A DNA stretch of 64,000 nt from the NCBI RefSeq assembly GCF_000143415.4, contig NW_003314391.1:248001-312000 (forward strand). The letters are read 5' to 3'. The first letter of the stretch is position 1; every line of letters starts with the position of its first letter. The notes beneath the pieces are model-generated. The model searched no databases, was not told where the DNA came from, and saw nothing but the letters and a program-made list of their open reading frames with translations. A program made the position numbers and the translations under genes. The DNA is from Selaginella moellendorffii (lineage: Eukaryota; Plantae; Lycopodiophyta). Positions 24,871 through 37,599 of the stretch are shown one piece after another.

Positions 24871-27800
24871 TATGAGTGCATGGAATATGGAAAGGGAATA
24901 CAGAAAATGTGCATATCAATTAACCCAAAAATCCTAGTTTATATACAAGAGCAAATGATCTAGATTAAAACCAATCTAACGATTACTAAAATCCCACTAC
25001 GTTAATATTAGTATACAGCATTATACATCCCCTCCTTTTGGAATAATGGAAGACTTTTGGTTCTCTTATAGATGGGCGAGGATCTAGAGGAATGTTAGGA
25101 GGAGGCATTGGCAAATCTATAAGTGGTATTAGTTGTTCATAATTGTAGCGCATGTGATCATGGGATGAAGTTTGGATATACTGTCACCGTGGATCCTTGG
25201 AATCTTGGGGGATAAATAGGGATAAAATGATAAAATAGCCACTAAGGGCTCTCTCATCAAGCAATTGCCCATTTTCCAGTTGGCTTAAGAGGAGAGAAAT
25301 AAGGTGCGCTACAGTTGGTATCGGAGCAAATGGCACGGGTTCGATTCCCATTGATTAGTGGCTACCTAAAAAGTATAATATACCCTTGAGTAAGATATAT
25401 TCCTACCCCTAAAATTTGAAATCGTACGTATTGGGCATCTATGCGTACGTCCTTCCTCTTGTGTGGAGTATCCACGGACGAAAGTATCCACCGTGGGACT
25501 GCGGTATGGGTGGATGACTAATTGCCTCACATGGAATAGCTAATTTACACAATAGAAGGATTGGTAGATTGAGTGCGGAAATGGAGGTGCTGGTTCCCCT
25601 TAGCTTAGTAGGGGTTGCTAATCAATAGTCAATGTCCTCCGGAAATAGAGGTGCTGGTTCCCCTTGGCTCAGTAGGGGTTGCTAGTCAATAGTCAATGAG
25701 GACATTGACATCTCCATGCGTACGTCCTTCCTCTTGTGTGGAGTATCCACGGACGAAAGTATCCACCGTGGGACTGCGGTATGGGTGGATGACTAGTTGC
25801 CTCACATGGAATAGCTAATTTACACAATGGAAGGATTGGTAGATTGAATCCGGAAATGGAGATGCTGGTTCCCCTTAGCTTAGTAGGGGTTGCTAGTCAA
25901 TAGTCAATGTCCTCCGGAAATGGAGGTGCTGGTTCCCCTTGGCTCAGTAGGGGTTGCTAATCAATAGTCAATGAGGACATTGACATCTCTGAAGGGGGGT
26001 GAGTGTAGTGCATGTGATCATGGGATGAAGTTTGGATATACTGTCATCGTGGATCCTTGAAACCTTGGGGGATAAATGGGGATAAAATAGCCACTAAGGG
26101 CTCTCTCATCAAGCAATTGCCCTTTTTCCAATTGGCTTAAGAGGAGAGAGATAAAGTGCGCTACAATAATCCCTTTGTATGAAATGTTTTAACTACTACA
26201 TATGCATAATTTCTAGAGGATTGACTTGCTAAATATCATGCTGAACTTTATAAACTTGTGGTCCAACTTGCCTCAACACCTAATACAGTCTTTTCCATTG
26301 AGAAAGGAGCCCCTTAGATAAACCACGTACTATAAAATTGGAAAAACGGACTAACACCAAGTCCACTTTGTACTCTGTAGGTGGATGATGATGGGAGTTG
26401 TAGCGCCGTTGTTGTTCAACTTATACACAACCTAAGTGTTTAGCAAACTCTGCTCAGATAAGTGAAAGAATGCTCGTCAAATATTGATCCCACGACCTAG
26501 CATTAGCAACTCATAGCAATTACAAAGGTAAATCTAACTCCGTTGGTAATATTGGATCATGACCATATAAAAGTTTATATAGTGAATCACCAACAAAACT
26601 TTGCACCTCTATGATATATGCATACCAAAGAGATGGCAAATAACCATCCCAATCCGAATGTTGAAAGTTTACGTATTTTGCGATCATTCCTTTAAATGTC
26701 CGAACAAGCCGTTCTACCAAACCATCTGACTATGATTGATAAGCAGTCGTGAAAGTGTTGCATATCCCCAACCAAAATGTCAAAACATGAAATACCTCAG
26801 CCATAAATGCAGGACCATTATCTGAAAGAATCCACTCCGGAAAAAAATGCTGGAACACCACTCAATTAAAGAGGAAGTATCCAACAGCAGTTGCAAAGGC
26901 ACTAGTAAGAGCACCAACTTCCACCCAACCAATCAAATATTCAGAAGCAATAATAACATATTCATTGCTAGCAGTTGATCATGGCAAAGGTCCCAAAAGA
27001 TCAAATAACTCAAATAGATGGGAAACTGCAATTGATTCCAACTATCCTTCTGTGCCACGAGGGGGAGTATTATGAGCTTGGCACCAAATGCAGCTATGCA
27101 TATACCGGATACATCACGTCACATCTCCAGCCAATAGAAAGACCTATGTAGATTTTTAATCATATGATGATGTCCTATATGCCTACCTAGAACAAAAGAA
27201 TCATGGTAGGCATGGAGAAATTGTGGAATAAAGAGGGAAGGCACCACCAGCCGTAAAAGATCATCAGGATTTGTCCTACAAAGTAAAGAAGGCCATCTTC
27301 AAGGTGATATTGAGAATATAAATGTTGGAATGATAAGAAATTAGCAAGTGATGTAGGATTCTTAAACCCATCTTGAAACCTTCGAATCCATGGCTTAATC
27401 TTTTGAGCCTCGCAAACTTCATCAAGAGAAGATAAATCTTGCTCTGCACCTTGTGGACATTAAACGTCAAGTATAGAATCTTGTCTAGAAAATCCATAGA
27501 TGCTGGAACAATAGACTCATCAGAAACATGAAAACAGAGTGGAGAAGGAAGAGGAGCTCGAGAAAGGGCATCAGCATCAGTTATAGAACTCCTAGGGTAA
27601 TGAACAACATCAAAATTATATATTTGAAGCTTCAAAGCCTACCGAGCAATATGACTAACCAAGTTATTTCACTTCAATAATGAAGTAACGGCAGTATGAT
27701 CACCTTCAAGTAACGTCCAAGAACCATGTAGATATGCATGAATTTCTCAAAACCCCAAATTGCTGCTAAACACTCCTTCTTTGTCATGGAGTAGTTCACC

Positions 27801-28378
27801 TCTGCTAGTTGTAATGTACGGCTTATATACGCAATGGGATGGCATTGACTAGGCACACTTACGTTTTCTTGCATCAACACACCTCCAAGACCAATATCAA
27901 AAGCATCCATACACAAAATAAAAGGTCGAGTGTAGTCAAGATATGCTAAAACCGAAGGAGTTGTCAATAGCACTTTGAGATCCACAAACGCCCATTCACA
28001 ATCTGGAGAACAAATAAAAGATGACATTGATGACTTCAACAACACTTGCAATGGTGCAGTGCGATAAAAAAAATGATCCACAAAATGATTGAGATACTAC
28101 ACCTTGCCTAAAAAGCACTGCACATCATTCACACATTTAGGAGTAAGAAACTTTAGAATAGCCACAAATTTGTCATGATCAACTTGCAAACCTTTGTAAG
28201 AAATATAATATCCAAAATAAATCATGTCCTTAGACCCAAACATGCACTTCAACCACTTCAGCTTTAAACTAATGTCCCGTAGTCAATTCAACACTTTACA
28301 AACATTATGAATGTGCTCATCCCATGTCCCCTCTGAGTGAATCAAGACATCGTTAATGAAATCAACAGTCATCTCTAG
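24871..28378 (-). mobile_element. Decayed, 5'-truncated second copy of the 18574-23448 element
   Basis: Reverse-complement LTR (~24871-25023) and PPT, plus INT/RH/RT peptides near-identical to copy 1 (e.g. VERLVRTFKGMIAKYVNFQHSDWDGYLPSL). Interrupted by a TRIM. Confidence 0.9.
25144..26165 (+). mobile_element. TRIM (terminal-repeat retrotransposon in miniature)
   Basis: LTRs 25144-25313 and 26004-26165 (TGTAG..CTACA); TSD ATAAT on both sides; Met-PBS TGGTATCGGAGC at 25316; PPT GAAGGGGGGTGAG; non-coding internal region with tandem repeats. Confidence 0.95.
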
Positions 28379-28404
28379 TACAAGTTTCGGTCATGGTATC
28401 GTGT

Positions 28405-29583
28405 TTTAATTGCTCTTGCAAGTGCCTCACATTTTTTGTGGCTTATTTGTGGTCTAGCACATTAATTTAGGTTAGTACAGAGGTGAACACAATCAGTTGG
28501 AGAGCAAAGGTGAGAACAAAGCTTTTCTTTGGGTTCTTAGAGTGTTGAGTATGGTAGTGCTTTTAGCAAACAAGTGGATCATGCTATAGTTGCAATTTTA
28601 TTGATTTCTTGTGTTCTTAATCACATGTATAGCTTTTTGGAATTGTAGTGGTTTATTTCATTTAACACATGGCAAAGCTAATGTAAGCCTTTTTTTCTTG
28701 GATTTTTGCTTCTTCACTCATGATTTATGGTTGTTTCAGTGATTGTGTTGGGTGAGCGAGGAATATTATAATGTAACATTTGCATGTAAGTAAGTGATTA
28801 ATTTATGTTCATTCCTTTCCAATACACATGCTAATATGTGTGTTTTCCATTCTAGATTCTTTCAATGGCCAAGGCATATTTGGTATATAGTTGCAATATG
28901 GCAATCTACTAACTTATTGGGAGTAACAACAAGTTTAGCCAAAGTGCTGAAAAATTGCAAGCCCTAACCAAAAGTTTAAACCCTACTGATGTGTTATAAA
29001 ACCTGACGCTAGTCAAAATTTATGCAGCACAAAATATTATATATGTAGACCTAAACTATATGGCAAACACCAATATATAGTCATATGTTAAAAAAGTTGT
29101 GTTCAAAATATTATTTTATGAGTCATATATAAGTCTTATAACACATTGGTTTATATTTTATATATTTTATAAGCTTGTATAATTTTTTACCAAACTACCC
29201 ACCTCAGGTATTTCCCTTTTTAGGAGGTGTACCTCTTCCTCAAAACTGCTATCACAAACTACTTACCATACTAGAAAATATTATAAACAAAAATAAATAT
29301 TTGTAATATATATAATTATTTGAAAACCTTATATAGATATAGAACTAGTGAACCTTAGTAAATGTAAAAATAATTTTCATAAAAATAAATATAAATAAAT
29401 AATAATAATAAATATTATGGAGAAAATAAGTTTATCTCTAGTCATGGAGGAAAGCAACAAATAACATGCCCATCATTATTTCCTACAATTTTATTAAATT
29501 CAAATTCCTGTCTTTGAGAATCATTACAAATTAAATTATTTTCTTTCCTTTCTGGATAAATAGTACAATCTAAAATTTCATAA
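28405..29583. repeat. ~1.17-kb direct repeat, copy 2
   Basis: Matches 23702-24870. Confidence 0.9.
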
Positions 29584-29775
29584 CTATAAGCACCAATTAT
29601 AAACGGGGATGTATGCTAAAATTTATCAATTTTTCTACAACTTACACTAACACTTAAGTCATAATGCTCAAATGCTAGAATGTTACAATTATTAATTTAC
29701 CCACCACAAGGCTTATCAGATAATATACCAATTGTAAAATTTAATATAGCTAAAACTAATAAATAATAGTGTCAT
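29415..29775 (-). pseudogene. Cyanovirin-N-like pseudogene (left arm of the inverted repeat)
   Basis: Full-length homologue of 30249-30608 with +1 nt just after the ATG and TAA replacing the Trp codon. Confidence 0.8.
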
Positions 29776-30248
29776 GATTATAGAAAAAGTATTATTATTT
29801 ATTATTTATTTTAAATAAAAGTTTTAAAATTAAAACCTTTACAGTTTTTATATTTATATTACTATGGCAGATCTAATAGTATTTAGAGAATAAAGTTAAA
29901 AATAATGTAGTACTAATAATACGTTATTGCACTTCAGCGCCACTTGGCTTGTTTAGAATTTTATTTTTATTATATTTTTATGATATATTTGATAGTAATA
30001 ATTGTATACACACACAAATAAATAAATAAATAAATTTATGTGTATGTGTATATCTATAATAAGCCAAGTGGTGCTGAAGTGCAATAAAGTATTATTAGTG
30101 CTTCATTTTTTCTAACTTTATTCTCTAGATATTATTATATCCACCATAGTAAAACAAATATAACAACTGTTAAGGTTTTAATTTTAAATTTTTTATTTAA
30201 AAATAATAATAATAAATAATACCTCATCATAAATTAATATCTATAATC

Positions 30249-30608
30249 ATGAATTATTATTTATTAGTTTTAGTTATATTAAATTTTACAATTGGTATAT
30301 TATCTGATGAGCCATGTGGTGGATGGATTAATACTTGTAAAATTCTAACATTTGAGCGTTATGACTTAAGTGTTAGTGTAAGTTGTAAAAAAATTGATAA
30401 ATCTTGGCATCCATCCACGTTTATAATTGGTGCTTGTAGTTATGAAATTTTAGATTGTACTTTTTATCCAGAAAGGAAAGAAAATAATTTAATTTGTAAT
30501 GATATTCAAGGACAGAAACTTAAACTTAATAAACTTGCAGGAAATAATGATGGGTATGTTATTTGTTGCTCACCTCCACAACAAGAGCCAACATTATTTT
30601 CTCCATAA
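30249..30608 (+). CDS. Secreted cyanovirin-N-homology (CVNH)-like protein, 119 aa
   Basis: Hydrophobic signal peptide. WINTC..L....L.VSC...D.SW..STF and LIC.D..G..L.LN..AGNNDG.V.C resemble the two CVNH half-repeats. Intronless and very AT-rich. Confidence 0.6.
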   Translation: MNYYLLVLVILNFTIGILSDEPCGGWINTCKILTFERYDLSVSVSCKKIDKSWHPSTFIIGACSYEILDCTFYPERKENNLICNDIQGQKLKLNKLAGNNDGYVICCSPPQQEPTLFSP

Positions 30609-31960
30609 TATTTAGTATTTTTATTTTTTTATAAATTTTTTATAAGCTTATTTTTACATTTACTAATTTTTAATAGTTTTATATATTTATAAGGTTTTTA
30701 AATATTTATTTATATTACAAATATTTATTTTTGTTATAATAATTTCTAGTATGGTAAGCAGTTTGTGATGATAGTTTTCAGGAAGAGGTACACCTCCCAA
30801 AGAGGGAAGTACTTGTAGTTTGGCCAAAAATTATACAAACCTATAAAATTTATTAAATATAAATGCATATGTGGTTGAATTGTTATAACACATATGTATA
30901 TATATAAAATATTTGTATTAATTCCCCAAGCAATAGTGTATCAGAGGCTAGAAGTTTTCTTTTAAAAGAAATCTTTCAAACTGAATTTTGTGATGGGAAG
31001 GAGGTAAGAAAAAAAAATTTCTATAATTTTTCAATTTTTCACTTTTAAATGTTATTTATGATGTCCACAATCATATCCTCTAAAATGCTCTAGCATGGGA
31101 CATATACAAACTTTTATTTTACATCATACTTTCTAAATGCCATAGCAGCTTTGCTTATGAAAAATAGAAGAAAGTTTAAAATCTTCCTCTAAATAAACTT
31201 CTTTCAAATACAAATCTTTTTATTGTAACTCTCTTAGAAATCATCTCATATTTATCTTCTGCACTCAATGCAAAACTACAAGCTAAGATATTGCATCATG
31301 CTAACAATTGCAATTCCTCTCACTAGACTGATCTTGTGTACTCTCTTCCAATGGTATGCATTTGATAATCTTGCCACCCAAGCTGTATCATCACTTTCTC
31401 ATTTTAATAAATGGTTTCCATTTTTTCCTTCCTTTGATCAATTTAGGCTTTATATACATTACTTGTTTCATGTGGGTTTCTTATGCTCTTGGAATGTTGA
31501 ATATATTGATGGATAGAGTGATCAATCAAATTTGTTATTATCAAGATGATATGAATGAGGTTGTTGGAGAGATGGGGGAGAAGTTGAGTATGCTATGGTG
31601 TGGATTCATGAGCACATCAAACCCCTAATAGGATTATTTAGATACATGATTATTCTAATTTTATATCAATTGTTACTAAAATATCCAAGCATATTTTAGA
31701 TATATCTATTACCATCAATTAATAAATTATAAAATAATAAATGTATTCCTCTTATCTATATAGAATAATATTTAAGCATGTTTAATGAGGTGAGAATATT
31801 ACTTAGAACTTCAAGGAACTAATCATTTGTAATTGCAACTTATTAGAGTGAGATGAAAAATAGTTAATAATCCCAGATCCCACTCTCCCAGCCACTACTT
31901 TCTAGGCTTCCCACTTGCCTAGCCTCTATATAACCATTAAAATGCTCATTTATATCCAAC

Positions 31961-32560
31961 TATAGCATATATGGTTTTCACCCTTTACCCTATGGTAATC
32001 TAATCATTGGACATGCTGAGCCACTAAATGAAAGGATAGAGATAAACTTTTAAGCATACAATCAAGGAGTGAAGGAATAAAAAGATGGAGAAATTCTTAA
32101 GTATACAACCAAGGGGCGAAGCAATTGGAGCACGGGAAACAATCCTAAACCACTCAGTATCCTAACGGGAACAAGAAGATGGAGTAGCTTTTGAGTATAT
32201 AGCCAATGAGTGAAGGAACTTGAATTTGGACTTCCCAAAAGGTCACTTAACTCAGTATTATTTAAACTTAATGACACTTCACTTTAAGTATCACAAGACC
32301 TTTAACAAATTAGAAAAAAAAGTACACTTTTATTCATTAACCTTTTCCTTTTATATATGAACCTTTTTGGACCATATCTCAAGTTGTTCTTTTTAGTTAC
32401 TTATAGTTGGATATAGAACAAAGATAAATATAATTAACAGGAAGGTAGATAATATCTAGGGTTAGTTAGTTATGCCTAACTTACCCACTATAGAAACACT
32501 TCTTATGGATATCCTTCCCATCAATAAAGTTGTATGTATCTCTAAGTTGGAAAAAACTAA
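31961..32560 (-). mobile_element. Highly decayed LTR fragment of the 55560-56631 family
   Basis: TATAGCATATATGGTTTTCACCCTTTACCCTATGG matches the terminus at 36580 and the reverse complement of 56580-56631. Confidence 0.55.
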
Positions 32561-32759
32561 ATCTAGCACCTCTAGTTGTGTGAAGAGTATAAAACTTCCT
32601 TTTATATCACTACACCAAGATCTATCTCAAGAAAGTTGTTGCCACAAAAACTATATTTTCCAAGTCAGAAAATTTTGGAATCTTGAGAATCTCACTTGGA
32701 TCTTTTGCCTTTTTGAGCTTGAGTGAATGTAGTGATGTATAATGGATAAAGAAAGAGTT

Positions 32760-33660
32760 GAGAATTTTGTCCTATTTGTGTGGAAAAAGCCCACCATATT
32801 ACATGGCAAAGGTTGAGAAATTATTGCTATGCCTATCCATGCATTAGGTCATTGCAAAGAGGAGTCTAGCCATGCTATTGTAACCTAAGCCACATCTTGA
32901 GAACCTAAAGTTTGGCCTTTGGCATTGAGGATTATCACTTGGCTAGCTTCTTGCACAATCTACAACTAGCTGTTCTTGAAGTTAAAGAGGCAAGAAGCTA
33001 CATCTAGCCATAACCTCCTTAAAATAATTGACTTCTCTTGTATTGAGGCTCATAAAGTAGCATAATCTATGATGAGGAAGTCTACTGTCAACTTGTATTT
33101 ACACTAGAGCTCAAATGTCTTGGCAAATCCCCATCAAGGTTTTGAGGAGAACCTTCGAATGCTCCTTGATTTCAAGGTCTACTTATTAAGTTAGTATCAA
33201 AGAGAGGATGTTCATGGCTAAGCAAGAGTCAACAAGTGCCTCCACATCAACACTTGCAATCATTGTCGAGATGATAAAGGCACCTAGATCAAAAACAACT
33301 TTGGCATTGATAATTGAAATGGGAGCTATGTTTAGGGTTGGAAGAGAAGCCACACCACTTAGAGCACACACTAAAGTTTCAAGTTGCAACCAAAATTCTA
33401 AGAATTAATGACAAAGTGCACTAATGGTCATTGTAACTAGTATTGCCAAGACTTGATCGATAATAGTGCTTAGGTAGCCATATGGCATCATAGAGGTCCC
33501 TTCTAATGGCATGCTTGTGAAGTTTGGAGCACATGCAAACACAATATCTCAAGATATAAACAAGGATACTTATATTTGCAAATAACTTCAGAAAAGGTAA
33601 CTTGCAAGCAATAACAGTTGGAAGGGAAAAACTCACTAGTCCAACTCCTCAATAACAATG
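32760..33660 (-). mobile_element. Degenerate gag/protease remnant
   Basis: VDVEALVDSC resembles a retroviral aspartic protease D(S/T)G motif; many stops. Confidence 0.35.
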
Positions 33661-33900
33661 TGCTGCTCTCTTTGAGTCTGTGTCGAGGCCTTGGTTATCA
33701 ACTTCCTTGCAACATAGATAGTGTTCACCGGAATTTACCATAATCATTCACCAATGGTTCCTTAATGGCTTGCTACTAGAGTGTCTTATAGTAATTTATG
33801 GAGGATGAAGCAAAAATTGAGTTGTCTACAAATGGGTATTGTGGGCCTTGATAATTTTGCAATGTGTGAAGGATTTTACTTACACTTTAGACTTGCCAAC

Positions 33901-34660
33901 TGTAAAGAACTAACTCTTTAAGGTGTCGTAAGCTAAAGGATCTTTGACATTATAACCAAAATGATAAAGAGTTCATTGGATGAGATTGAATCCAAGACTG
34001 AGTCCTAGATAAAGTTCAAGATTGAGTTCGAAACTGAGCTGAATACTAATACAAATCATGGGTGCTATGGGGGTTCCAAAAGTATAGTAAAGTTAATAAA
34101 GCTAAGGACTTAGTCTTGAAAAAAGTCTTTAGTGGTGTTTCCAAATTGAGTTGGGGTTGGAATTGAGGGTTAGTAGTTTTGGGAGCATAAGCTTGAAGAG
34201 TGTTAAAGAGGCTCCTCAAATAAGTGTTCACAATTAGCTCCCGCTCCCAAAAGGGAAATTAACTACAATTTTCCTGACTCATATAAAGTGGTGTCCTACT
34301 TGAGTACCATAAAGCTCATTGGTCCTTGCCCCTTCTTAGGGGCTTGGGCCTTCCCTTCGGGATGGAGGTGCGGTAATGTACTTATACCAAGTTGTTAGAC
34401 TATTATGTTTCCCCTAGTATCCTAGACTAAAAGATGCACCAAAGGCTTGGGATGTAGAGAGTCCTATGAACGAGCTTTGCATACCATGGGATATTAAAAA
34501 TCTTGAGGCTTGGTGTGTTTGGTTGCTTATGCATGGATGGAGTATAGCTAAACCTTAAGTCTAATTTAACTTGAAAATGGGGATTGGGAAAGAGTTTGGG
34601 AATTTTTGAAGAATTGGTTAATACTCTATTACTTGTGTAGTAAGTAGTTGAATCTAAGTA
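33901..34660 (+). mobile_element. Decayed LTR copy of the chromovirus family (homologue of 40963-41985)
   Basis: TGTAAAGAACTAACTC...AGGTGTCGTAAGCTAAAGGATC and GGGGCTTGGGCCTTCCCTTCGGGATGGA are colinear with the LTR starting at 40963. Confidence 0.8.
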
Positions 34661-34674
34661 GGTGTAGTGCACAA

Positions 34675-35800
34675 CCTCAACTCCAGACTCTATCCAACTC
34701 AATTGTCTTAGCCCCAAGAAGTCAGCATCCCTTTCAAGCCGCATCATACAAACTACTTATTAAAGTTTAAACGAACTAAAATCAACTCCAACCCTTAACT
34801 AGTTTGTATTGGCTTATGAAAATGGAATGGTTTTCAAGCAAAGTGATCAACAGATCAACCATTAGAAAAGCCTAAGAAAATTTGTGGAAATTGTTTTTTC
34901 CATCCTAGAGAAAGAATGACTCTCAGTCTAGAAATGCAAACTTTTAAAACTTAACCAACTTCTTCTTACCAACAACTTCACATAGATTCACCTCAACATT
35001 AATTTTCATAACCCAACAACATTCTTAAACATTGAACATTTTGCCCATATTTTCGACATCCAACACCGACATCCACAAAATGCAAAATGAACATCCAAGG
35101 CTTAATCACGAAGACTATATCTTTGGATATTCATATTGCATTAACACTCTTCTTCAATCATCTTCAAGATCCAATGTGAAGCCAAAACACTAACAAGAAA
35201 AATGACATGAAAATCAAGGTTTAAGGAAAATTCCTCATCACTTAAAATAACAATACCACTTCTACTAACATAAGTGATAGCAATGTCAATGCCTCAATTA
35301 TATACCTTCTCCATTTAACAATCTACTCTAAGTGCTAATGGATAAACCAATAAGCTATAACAAGTGAATGCTATAACCCTTTTCAACACTTTAATGGGCA
35401 AATCCTTAAAGAACCAAGGAACCAACTTAAACTTAACATTATAGATCATTATTAAAAAATTAGTCAAAGCTACTTCAATGTTACTACTTGCAAATAGACT
35501 AGCTTCACCATCAACCACTTTAGGGTTGATCATCATTTAACCAAGCAACTTCGTAAACATATTACTCACTATTACATAGATATGATATAAAATCACAATG
35601 ACTTAATCATTAATCAAGAAACACCACAAGCAATGCCCATGTTACTATTATAAAGGTTTATGTGAGTATCAAGTGTTAACTCGATTCGACAAAATGCAAC
35701 ATAAATGCCACACTCTACCGATAGAGATATACAACATCTAACACCATTGACTTTTGTTCACAATATCAGAAAAGAATTGAGTATTATAACCCAAGTTTTT
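34675..35800. repeat. Dispersed AT-rich repeat; its homologue is split between 43570-44066 and 52541-53020
   Basis: CAACTCCAGACTCTATCCAACTCAATTG and GGAACCAACTTAA...GACTAGCTTCACCATCAACCACTTT are shared. Confidence 0.8.
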
Positions 35801-36579
35801 GATAGCAAGCCTAAATAAAATGGTATAACACTTCACCTATCCATCCCTTGACTCACCACTTGTAAGACCATATGCATCAAGATAGGGATTCTTAATTGCA
35901 TAATGTGAATATGAATAAATGAGTTAACACTTCATTGCAAATCATCTCTCTAAGAAGAGAAGAAGAGAAGATGATTTATATATTTGATCCTTCATCCTTG
36001 ACAACTCTCATTTCGGTCTAATCTTTTGACCAAACCTCAAACTTGCTTTTGCACTGCTTTCAGTCCAAGCCAAGAAAAGTTTATGAAAGAGCACAACTCT
36101 GACTACTTGAACCAATAGACTAGTCCTTATAGTCTTGGTTAATCCACTTGTAATCATGTGTAGGAAGAATCCACTAGTGCCGTGCTAAATGGCTACGAAC
36201 CAGCATATTTGCCACTCTTAGCAAACCTAAAGAAGGTTTATTTTTACCCACAATACAAGGAACAACTCATGATAACCACCAATAGGCTAACATTAATTCT
36301 GCAAACTCAAAGTGTAACCTCAAGTTGCCAATATGCCTCACTCACTAGCCCAAGCGCAAACTCATGCAAATGGAACAACTCAATCCTTCTTATGAGCCTA
36401 AGAGCAAGCTCATATAATATGGGACAAAAATGTAACTAAATCCATACCTAAGGAACGAATATGAAGTCTTAGGACCCAAATGTGTACCCACTCGGATCAT
36501 CATTTTCATCTCTGTGTATACAATGAGACTAGTTGCCCAATCTCATTGGATAGTACTCCTTGAGACGTATTCTCTAAAA

Positions 36580-37575
36580 TGTAGCACACGTGGTTTTCAC
36601 CCTTTATCTTATGGTGATTTGCCATAAGATAACCACGAAGCGGAACCTAAACCCTCCATGTGTTATGTGTTATATGCCACGTGCCACATGCCACATGTCC
36701 AAAGGATAGTGGTGTAGAACTCGAGTTTCAGGGCTTTGAGTCACTGAACGAAGGAATGGAGCCAAACTCTCAAACATAAAGCCAAGGAGTGAAGGAACTA
36801 GAGCACGAAGCTACTTTTGAGTGTACAACTCAAGGAGCAAAGGGATAGGAGTAGTCTTAGAGCATTCAGCATCCCAATGCTAGGACCATTGGTCGCATGC
36901 AAATGGAGCCAAACGAAGTCTAGCACTATTTCGGTATACCAGTGGCCTAATGCGAGGATATGGGTACTCCACCAACTAGCATGGTATAAAACTTAGGTTT
37001 AGAATTTAGGCTTAGACTCAAGTCAGACGCAGAATAAAGACAAGCATGCAAGCAAGAGATAAACTATGTCTCAAGTTGGTTAACTATGCCCGAATTACCC
37101 ACTATCCCTACTATACATTTCAAACCTCCCATAACTTCCCCCCCTGAGGAACACATGGCCTTTGGATTTTCATTTGTGTCACAAGTCAAACTTCTAAACT
37201 CCTCCCTTCTCAAGAGCACCCTTCTAAGAGTTGTTCTTTGACAAGGCAATGCAAGGCACAGCTTCTTCTAGATTGTTCTTGGTCGTATCATTGGTCATGA
37301 GAATCCCACTTGATGGCTGTGCTTTGGGCTTTCACCCTTAACTACCCTTAGTACCAGGAGTTAGTTTCTAGGATAAGCTCGAAACTTATTAAATATGGAA
37401 TGTCTTTAGATTGCGAGTTTAGATATGAGATAAACATTGTTGTGTTCAAGACAATCTCTACATTCCATAGATATGCCAAATGAGTAAATCTAGACACTTT
37501 CCATAAATAGTATTTGGGACTAGAATGAGATTAACATAAAGGGCATGATAAAGAGGGTGTTTGATAAACACAACA
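36580..37575 (-). mobile_element. Partial LTR of the 55560-56631 family in reverse orientation
   Basis: TGTAGCACACGTGGTTTTCACCCTTTATC... is the reverse complement of the 56631 terminus; similarity runs to ~37575. Confidence 0.8.
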
Positions 37576-37599
37576 AGCTATCATTTTGTGAGTATTGAG

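Larger units (their letters stand above)
29150..30863. repeat. Long inverted repeat: arms ~29150-29950 and ~30061-30863, ~110-bp spacer
   Basis: For example, TTATTGCACTTCAGCGCCACTTGGCTT is mirrored by AAGCCAAGTGGTGCTGAAGTGCAATAA, and GGAGGTGTACCTCTTCC by GGAAGAGGTACACCTCC. Confidence 0.9.

Noticed and set aside
25441-25520. Hammerhead ribozyme/retrozyme (GTCC...GGACGAAA)
   Set aside because: The required CUGANGA core is missing upstream of the stem.
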